Assembly: GCF_021497505.1 (NCBI RefSeq)
Contig: NZ_CP069349.1
Coordinates: 1,211,131 to 1,243,130, forward strand
From: Turicibacter sp. TJ11
GTDB taxonomy: Bacteria > Bacillota_I > Bacilli_A > MOL361 > Turicibacteraceae
Direction: 5' to 3'
Length of the DNA: 32,000 nt
Shown in pieces: positions 25,441 to 32,000 of the stretch (position 1 is its first letter; each line of letters starts with the position of its first letter). The notes under the pieces are model-generated. The model did not search any database, was not told the origin of the DNA, and saw only the letters and a list, made by a program, of their open reading frames with translations. A program made the position numbers and the translations under genes.

Positions 25441-27813
25441 TTAATTGAATTGATTAGGATAATAATCTAACGATAAACTAACAGCACTCTCTTGAAAATA
25501 ACTTAAAAGTTGTCCTAAAATCGCTCGAAGTCTTGGTTCTTGCTTATATTTGATCATAAAATACATTCTAAATCGCTGATTAATTCGACCTACATATGGC
25601 ATTGTTGGACCCGTAATCAAACAACTATGTCCGAGTTGATTTCTTAAATATTGATTCACTTTATCACACGCTAAAATAAGCTCATTATAGTCCTCACTAC
25701 TGAGTCTAACACTTGCTAAATAATAATATGGGGGGTATCCAAATCGACGGCGCATCTTCATTTCTTCTGCGTAAAACTTATAGTAGTTTTGTTCCACCAC
25801 GCATTGCATCACATAATGGTCAGGACTATAGGTTTGAATGAACACTTCACCTTCTAGTTCATGACGACCGGCACGGCCGGCGACTTGTGTTAACAACTGA
25901 AAAGTGCGTTCAGCCGCTTTAAAATCAGATAAATGAAGCATTAAGTCTGCTGCTAACACTCCAACTAATGTAACATCCGGAAAATCGAGTCCTTTTCCAA
26001 CCATTTGTGTTCCAATTAAAATATCCGCCTCTTTTCGTTCAAAGGCAGCAATTAATTCTTGATGCGATCCTTTTTTAGAGGTTGTATCAACATCCATTCG
26101 CATAATTCTTGCTTCTTCAAACTCACTTTGTAAATATTCCTCTACCTTTTGAGTTCCTAATCCAAAAAAGCGTAGTTCTTCACTTTGACAAGATGGGCAT
26201 CGCTTTAAAATAAAATGTTCAAAACCACAGTAATGGCATTTTAACTTTTGATTCGGTTTATGATAAGTTAATGACACGTCACAGTTTGGACAGTTAACCA
26301 CTTCACCACATTCTCGACATTGCATAAAGTTAGAATAACCACGACGATTTAATAATAAGACGACTTGTTCTTGACGTTTTAGACGCTCGGCGATCGCCTC
26401 TTTTAGTTCATTGCTTAAAATCATTTGCTCACTAACAGCTGAATGTTCACGCATATCAATGAGTTTAACCGTCGGCAATTTCGCAGTTGCAACAGCTCGC
26501 TTAGAAAGCGTTAATAAACGATAAACCCCTTTTTGAGCACGAGCAAATGATTCTAATGATGGGGTCGCACTTCCAAGCACGACTGGGCAACGATGTGTAA
26601 TGGCACGTTGCTTAGCGACCTCAATCGCATGATAACGTGGAGCCTCTTCCTGCTTATAAGTGGCTTCGTGCTCTTCATCAATAATAATGATTCCAATGTC
26701 TTTAAACGGGGCAAAGATAGCTGAACGAGCTCCTACCACGATTTGAACCTCTTGTTTTAAAATTTTACGCCACTCATCATATTTCTCTCCCATCGATAAA
26801 GCACTATGAAGGACAGCGACTTTATTTTGAAAGCGGCTTTTAAAACGACTTGCAATTTGTGGAGTTAGGGCAATTTCAGGAACTAACATAATGGCCTGTT
26901 TCCCCTGGGCTAATACATTTTCAATCATTTGTAAGTAAACTTCAGTTTTCCCGCTACCTGTAATTCCATGTAATAAGAAAACGTCGTGCGCCTTCGCTTG
27001 GCAAGCATGAGCAACGGTTGTCACTGCTACTTGTTGTTCTTGATTTAAGTGAAGCGCCTTAGTTTGTAAGTGCACTGTATCAGCATAAGGATCACGGTAT
27101 GCCTCTACTTCGATTTCTTGAATAACTTTTTTATCAACCAATGTTTTTATCATTGCATGTGTGACCTGTAGTTCTTCCATTAAGGTTGACTTTAAAATCG
27201 GTTTTGATGCTTTCATTAGATATTCAATGACTTGCTTTTGCTTCATGGCACGCTTAAATGGCGTTAGATCTATATTAGGGTCAACTAATGCTAAATACTT
27301 GATTAATTTTTTTCCTAATTTATCTTTCACTTCATAAACAAGCTCAACTTCCTTACGCTCAATGGCCTGTTTAACTTCCTTTAGAAGTGAAGATGGGATT
27401 TGTTCGTAATCAATACTTGTTGAATGTAAAAATAACGTGTTTAATGCTGACGGAAGATTTTCATTTAAACGAACGAGTCTTTTTTTATACTTGGCCCTCA
27501 TTGCATTTGGAATCATGGCTTCAAAGCATTGAATCATCGTACTTCCTGTTTCTTCACTCAAACTCATTCCTAGTTCTCGTAACTCATCATTTAAGACAGG
27601 TACGACGTCGATTAATTCTTTCAGTGGACGTAATTTTTGAAGGTTCGTACTCTCTTTTAAGGAAATAACAAACCCCATGATCGTGCGGGGTCCGAATGGA
27701 ACTAACACACGTACTCCTGGTTGGATTAAGTGACTCAACTCTTCAGGGACTATGTAATCAAATACTTTATTGACTGCTTTACTTTTGATATCAACGACAA
27801 CCTCAGCAATCAT
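25441..27813 (-). CDS. priA: Primosomal replication restart helicase PriA
   Basis: 790 aa. Walker A GITGSGKT, a DEEH box and a Cys-rich zinc-binding insertion (CRECGEVVNCPNCDVSLTYH...CHYCG...CPSC). Confidence 0.95.
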   Translation of the reverse strand: MIAEVVVDIKSKAVNKVFDYIVPEELSHLIQPGVRVLVPFGPRTIMGFVISLKESTNLQKLRPLKELIDVVPVLNDELRELGMSLSEETGSTMIQCFEAMIPNAMRAKYKKRLVRLNENLPSALNTLFLHSTSIDYEQIPSSLLKEVKQAIERKEVELVYEVKDKLGKKLIKYLALVDPNIDLTPFKRAMKQKQVIEYLMKASKPILKSTLMEELQVTHAMIKTLVDKKVIQEIEVEAYRDPYADTVHLQTKALHLNQEQQVAVTTVAHACQAKAHDVFLLHGITGSGKTEVYLQMIENVLAQGKQAIMLVPEIALTPQIASRFKSRFQNKVAVLHSALSMGEKYDEWRKILKQEVQIVVGARSAIFAPFKDIGIIIIDEEHEATYKQEEAPRYHAIEVAKQRAITHRCPVVLGSATPSLESFARAQKGVYRLLTLSKRAVATAKLPTVKLIDMREHSAVSEQMILSNELKEAIAERLKRQEQVVLLLNRRGYSNFMQCRECGEVVNCPNCDVSLTYHKPNQKLKCHYCGFEHFILKRCPSCQSEELRFFGLGTQKVEEYLQSEFEEARIMRMDVDTTSKKGSHQELIAAFERKEADILIGTQMVGKGLDFPDVTLVGVLAADLMLHLSDFKAAERTFQLLTQVAGRAGRHELEGEVFIQTYSPDHYVMQCVVEQNYYKFYAEEMKMRRRFGYPPYYYLASVRLSSEDYNELILACDKVNQYLRNQLGHSCLITGPTMPYVGRINQRFRMYFMIKYKQEPRLRAILGQLLSYFQESAVSLSLDYYPNQFN

Positions 27814-27841
27814 GTCAACACCTCCCCAATCTATTACCTTT

Positions 27842-27850
27842 ATTATAGCA
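27842..27850 (-). promoter_or_regulatory. Extended -10 promoter element TGCTATAAT upstream of priA
   Basis: Reverse complement of 27842-27850. RBS GGGGAGGTG lies downstream. Confidence 0.45.
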
Positions 27851-27881
27851 CACGACAGATTCTGATAAACGTCACCACAAT

Positions 27882-27907
27882 AAAAAACCTTAGCATCTGC
27901 TAAGGTT
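27882..27907 (-). terminator. Rho-independent terminator after rpoZ
   Basis: AACCTTAGC-ATCT-GCTAAGGTT forms the stem. TTTTTT follows on the minus strand. Confidence 0.75.
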
Positions 27908-27913
27908 TAATTA

Positions 27914-28141
27914 TTATTGTTCTTTTAATTCAAAGTCTACAACATCATTAAGAATTTCTTCTAAAGCAACCCCTACTGGTTTTGCACATTTTGCTGTTGG
28001 TAATCCATCTACATAGTCTAATTGTGATTGACCAGCATCTACAATTTGACGTGCACGTTTAGCTGCGATATAAGCAATCTTATATTTAGAATCTACTTTA
28101 TCTAATAATTTATCAATTGATGGATAGCGCATTCCTGTCAT
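27914..28141 (-). CDS. rpoZ: DNA-directed RNA polymerase subunit omega
   Basis: 75 aa. PSIDKLLDKVDSKYKIAYIAAKRARQI matches the omega consensus. GGAGGT lies 9 nt upstream of ATG 28141. The gene is 2 nt from the gmk stop. Confidence 0.92.
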   Translation of the reverse strand: MTGMRYPSIDKLLDKVDSKYKIAYIAAKRARQIVDAGQSQLDYVDGLPTAKCAKPVGVALEEILNDVVDFELKEQ

Positions 28142-28143
28142 AA

Positions 28144-28773
28144 TTATTCAACCTCCACAGTATTAATATTTTTATTATAGTATTCTAAGACACGGTTTGA
28201 ACGTGAATGCTCTGCTTCAATAATCGCCATAATTCGATCACGAGCATTTTCTACCGTATCGTTAATCACAATGTAATCGTACTCATGAGCAAGTCCAATT
28301 TCAGACTCCGCTTTTTGCATACGTTTATTAATAACTTCCATCGCCTCTGTTCCACGAGTCATGATGCGGTTACGAAGTTCTTCCATACTTGGAGGTGCGA
28401 TGAAGATGAAACATGCGTCTGGCATGACATTTTTAACTTGTAAAGCTCCTTGAACTTCAATTTCAAGAACGACGTCTTTACCTTCATTTAATTTTTCATT
28501 CACATAATCTAGTGGCGTTCCGTAATAATTTCCTACGAATTCAGCCCACTCTAATAATTGACCTTGATCAATTCTATCTAAAAATTCTTCTTTTTCAACA
28601 AAGAAATAATCGACACCGTTGACTTCTCCAACGCGTGGCTTTCTTGTTGTCATCGAAATGGAATACTCTAAATTATGATCTTTTTGTTCAAATATTGATG
28701 CGCGCACAGTTCCTTTTCCTACACCACTAGGACCTGATATGACTATTAGTACGCCTTTTTCTACTAATCTCAT
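28144..28773 (-). CDS. gmk: Guanylate kinase
   Basis: 209 aa. P-loop [30 protein letters not shown] is typical of Gmk. Confidence 0.95.
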   Translation of the reverse strand: MRLVEKGVLIVISGPSGVGKGTVRASIFEQKDHNLEYSISMTTRKPRVGEVNGVDYFFVEKEEFLDRIDQGQLLEWAEFVGNYYGTPLDYVNEKLNEGKDVVLEIEVQGALQVKNVMPDACFIFIAPPSMEELRNRIMTRGTEAMEVINKRMQKAESEIGLAHEYDYIVINDTVENARDRIMAIIEAEHSRSNRVLEYYNKNINTVEVE

Positions 28774-29005
28774 GCATTCACTTCTCCTTAAACTTTCATT
28801 CCATTATAATAGCATGAATTTTATCAAAATTAAATAGCTCTGTACGGATTTTATCATGAATTATTTTACAGTTTATTATAGCTTTTTTAAAATTTTATAG
28901 ACAAGTCCTATCATTATTATGACGTTTTTATTCTATTTTTATGTCTAATCATCCTAAAAAATGATATACTTTTTAATATAATCCAGTATTAACGAGGTGA
29001 TTTTC

Positions 29006-30709
29006 ATGGCTTTTGATGGTCTTATGACGTCAAGTGTAGCAACTGCTTTAAAAGAGTCGCTATTAGCTGGACGAATTAATAAAATTTATCAGTTATCAAA
29101 CCACGAAATTTTAATGCAAATTCGTGCGCAAGGAAAAAATCAAAAAGTTTTATTCTCAACACATTCATCGTATGCTCGTGTGCAAATTACGACACTTGAT
29201 TATCAATATCCAGATGAGCCACCTATGTTTTGTATGTTTTTAAGAAAACATCTTGAAGGTGGAATTATTTATAATATTGAGCAAATTAATCATGATCGCA
29301 TGATTAAATTCACTATTCGTCATGTGAACGAACTCGGCGATCAAATGCTTAAATTTTTATACATTGAGATTATGGGAAAACATAGTAATTTAATTTTAAC
29401 CGATGTTAATCATCGAATTTTAGATACCATTAAACACATCTCACCTCTTGTCAATCGTTACCGTTCTTTACAACCTGGTGCTACTTATATTTTACCACCG
29501 ACTCAAGAAAAACAATGTCCAGATGACCTTGACTTTGATTTCTTTTCATCATTAATTACTGAAAATGAACGTTATGATAAACAGCTAGTCGCTAAATTTC
29601 AAGGTCTGTCTCCACTGATTGCTCGTGAAATCGTTTATCGTAGTGAATCCGATTCGATCCTTCATTTATTTGAATCATTTAAAGCAGTAATGACTGAAAT
29701 TAAAGAGATGCCTTCTCCTCATGTCATAATTAGTTCGAAAGAGTATTTTTATCTTCTTCCACTTTATCACGTCGAAGGTGAGCTTATTCCATGCGACACG
29801 TTATGGGAGATGTTTGATCGCTTTTACTTTGGAAAAGATGAACGCGATCGTATTAAGCAACAATATCACGATATTGAACGATTTATTCGTCAGGAATATG
29901 AAAAAAATACAAAGAAATTAGAAAAACTTCATGAAGAACTTCTTCACTCAGAAAAAGCAGAGCAGTATAAAATATTAGGTGATTTAATCTTAGCGAACAT
30001 TTATCAAATTAATCGTGGAGATTCGTTAGTACATGTTCAAAATTTCTATTCTGAAAATTTAGAAACTATCAAAATTAAACTTGATCCTATGTTATCCGCA
30101 TCAGAAAATGCTCAAAAGTATTTCCAAAAATACAGTAAAGCTAAAAATGCCGTTAATTATATTTTAGAACAACTTGAATTAACAGAAAAAGAGATTGCTT
30201 ACTTTGAAACATTAATGATTCAAATGGAAACAGCGACGTTAAAAGATGCTTATGAGATTAAAGAAGAATTAGAATTAGCTGGTTACTTACGTAAGCGTCA
30301 AACGAAAAAACGTAAAGCAAATGGAAAGCCAAGCATTGAAAAATATCTTTCAACCGATGGAGTTGAAATTTTTGTTGGAAAAAATAATTTACAAAATGAT
30401 TACTTAACTCATAAATTTGCTCGTCGTCATGAATGGTGGTTCCATGCTAAAGACATGCCTGGTTCTCACGTTTTAGTACGAAGTGACATAGATGAATTAA
30501 GTGAAGCAACGATTCGTTCGGCTGCTCAATTAGCGTCTTACTTTTCAAAAGGACGCTTATCTTCTAGTGTTCCAATTGATTATACACGTGTTCGTCACGT
30601 TAAAAAAGTACCAGCCGCTCATCTTGGATTTGTAACCTACGACAATCAAAAAACCATTTATATCGATCCTGATGAATCGTTTATTATGAATTTAAAAAAA
30701 GTAAAATAA
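29006..30709 (+). CDS. rqcH: Ribosome quality control factor RqcH (NFACT family; FbpA/YloA)
   Basis: NFACT-N domain, coiled-coil middle region and a C-terminal NFACT-R/DUF814 motif (WFHAKDMPGSHVLV). Start moved to ATG 29006 (MAFDGLM), with GAGGTG 6 nt upstream. The track start is a GTG inside that RBS. Confidence 0.9.
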   Translation: MAFDGLMTSSVATALKESLLAGRINKIYQLSNHEILMQIRAQGKNQKVLFSTHSSYARVQITTLDYQYPDEPPMFCMFLRKHLEGGIIYNIEQINHDRMIKFTIRHVNELGDQMLKFLYIEIMGKHSNLILTDVNHRILDTIKHISPLVNRYRSLQPGATYILPPTQEKQCPDDLDFDFFSSLITENERYDKQLVAKFQGLSPLIAREIVYRSESDSILHLFESFKAVMTEIKEMPSPHVIISSKEYFYLLPLYHVEGELIPCDTLWEMFDRFYFGKDERDRIKQQYHDIERFIRQEYEKNTKKLEKLHEELLHSEKAEQYKILGDLILANIYQINRGDSLVHVQNFYSENLETIKIKLDPMLSASENAQKYFQKYSKAKNAVNYILEQLELTEKEIAYFETLMIQMETATLKDAYEIKEELELAGYLRKRQTKKRKANGKPSIEKYLSTDGVEIFVGKNNLQNDYLTHKFARRHEWWFHAKDMPGSHVLVRSDIDELSEATIRSAAQLASYFSKGRLSSSVPIDYTRVRHVKKVPAAHLGFVTYDNQKTIYIDPDESFIMNLKKVK

Positions 30710-30737
30710 AAAGCTGAGATCACTCAGCTTTTTATTT
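30708..30737. terminator. Rho-independent terminator after rqcH (possibly bidirectional)
   Basis: AAAAGCTGAG-ATCA-CTCAGCTTTTTATTTT. A and T runs on both sides. Confidence 0.8.
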
Positions 30738-30803
30738 TGTTCTTATATCCTTGCGACTACTTTAAAAGTATCACTATGTTTATCAAAGTAACTCGTTCAT
30801 TTT

Positions 30804-32000
30804 TTAATGGGCCTTTTTACGATAAACACTTGTGTGTAAAAATTGCTCGTAAACGAGTTCTCCTTCTTCATTATAGCCGTATAATGTCGTATCTGCCTTT
30901 AATCCATCATTATAAATCACAGTTTTTGGTTCATAGTTAATACCGTTTAATGCTCTTGAATTTGACCAAAACTCAACCGTTAAACTTCCATATTTAGCAT
31001 AAGTAAAAATTAAGATAGGATATTCGTATGTATTGATGAACTTTAAATCAATGGCGTTATCTGCTATAGTGGCGTCTTGTCCAAGAGGTACATAACGAAC
31101 AGGTAAACTATGATTAAGTCGTTCTGTCGCTATAATTCCCGCTTTTAATTGAGCATTATATAAAGTCGATGAAACTTGACAAATGCCTCCCCCAATTCCG
31201 GGAATCGGTTTTCCGTTTAAAAAGACAGTCGCATTCACATAACCGTGAGCAGAATCTATCGGAGCCACTTTTTTGTAATAAGAAAATTCTTCACCAGGCA
31301 TTAAAATAGTATGATTAATTTTTGACGAAGCTAATTCGACATTTTTAGCACGGGGAATCCCAGCTAAATATTCCGTTGAGTAAGAGGACACCTTTGTATC
31401 AATTGTCTTCAATGCCTCAATATCTAATTCTCGAGGATCAATCATCACATTGGCATCAACTTCGATTGGATCCATTGAACTTTGATTGAGCTGTTTTCCT
31501 AGCTCTTCTAACAACTGCTCAACAACAAGGAATTGACCATCTCGTCCTTCATCTAACTTAAGTTCTGTTGAAGAGATTCTTTGAAAGGTTGGTTCGATCT
31601 TCTCAATGTATACTTCTTTTTCAATTAATCGCGCCCACTTTTCCAATGCTTCGTGATTATATGTATATTCAATTATAAACTCATAAGATTGATCTTGATT
31701 AACTTGCGAAATTTGTTGCATTAACTCTAAATCTTTTCCTAGTGTTAAGACATCTTTAACTAACTGTGAAGTGTCTTCTTTCACCTTCGGATCAAATTCA
31801 GATACGGTTGTCTCAAACAATTGATCATGAACACGAACGATGATTTGACGATTTTGATATTGATTGAGTTGTTCTTCAATCATAGCGATAATCTTATCTT
31901 CTGTTAAGGTAGAAACATCTAACCCATTGATTAAAAGACTTGACGATGGCAACTTCTCATATGCATGAATAAACATCGGCTCTGGCCCTAAGACAAACAG
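30804..32000 (-). CDS. VanW-domain protein (YoaR-like); N-terminus probably beyond window
   Basis: VanW core motif GGGICQVSSTLYNA. The frame remains open from 31976 to the window end at 32000 (LFVLGPEP upstream of the track Met), so the true start may lie outside the window. Confidence 0.85.
   Translation of the reverse strand: MFVLGPEPMFIHAYEKLPSSSLLINGLDVSTLTEDKIIAMIEEQLNQYQNRQIIVRVHDQLFETTVSEFDPKVKEDTSQLVKDVLTLGKDLELMQQISQVNQDQSYEFIIEYTYNHEALEKWARLIEKEVYIEKIEPTFQRISSTELKLDEGRDGQFLVVEQLLEELGKQLNQSSMDPIEVDANVMIDPRELDIEALKTIDTKVSSYSTEYLAGIPRAKNVELASSKINHTILMPGEEFSYYKKVAPIDSAHGYVNATVFLNGKPIPGIGGGICQVSSTLYNAQLKAGIIATERLNHSLPVRYVPLGQDATIADNAIDLKFINTYEYPILIFTYAKYGSLTVEFWSNSRALNGINYEPKTVIYNDGLKADTTLYGYNEEGELVYEQFLHTSVYRKKAH

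Overview
This window is a low-GC (roughly mid-30s % by eye) Bacillota chromosome segment. It carries the Bacillus-type 'ylo/ylp' housekeeping block, almost all on the minus strand. Order by increasing coordinate: partial SDR, rnc, plsX, recG, yloV-like (DAK2), yloU-like (Asp23), rpmB (+ strand), three small tandem paralogous ORFs, a 26-codon spoVM that is absent from the ORF track, thiN, rpe, rsgA, prkC, prpC, rlmN and rsmB. An ~8.7 kb mosaic block follows: a YitT-like gene, a cse60-like gene, a second YitT-like gene, cvfB, a decayed IS3-family element, an orphan coiled-coil ORF, a TraX-family gene, a flavodiiron protein and ppiB. After it come fmt, priA, rpoZ, gmk, rqcH/fbpA (+ strand) and a partial VanW-domain gene. 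spoVM and a Cse60-like gene suggest an endospore-forming host. Most units end in clear rho-independent terminators, and several have extended -10 (TGnTATAAT) promoters. Several ORF-track starts are N-terminal over-extensions, and I corrected them using RBS spacing. I saw no rRNA, tRNA or CRISPR array, and no recognisable defence, toxin-antitoxin or secretion cluster. I found no convincing evidence for a novel multi-gene system. The most interesting unexplained items are the three SHOCT-like paralogs between spoVM and rpmB, the mosaic insertion splitting the normally contiguous fmt-rsmB junction, and a 51-nt GC-rich, hairpin-containing in-frame insert inside the IS3 transposase. All homology statements come from reading motifs by eye and from memory of the families. 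No database search was run.
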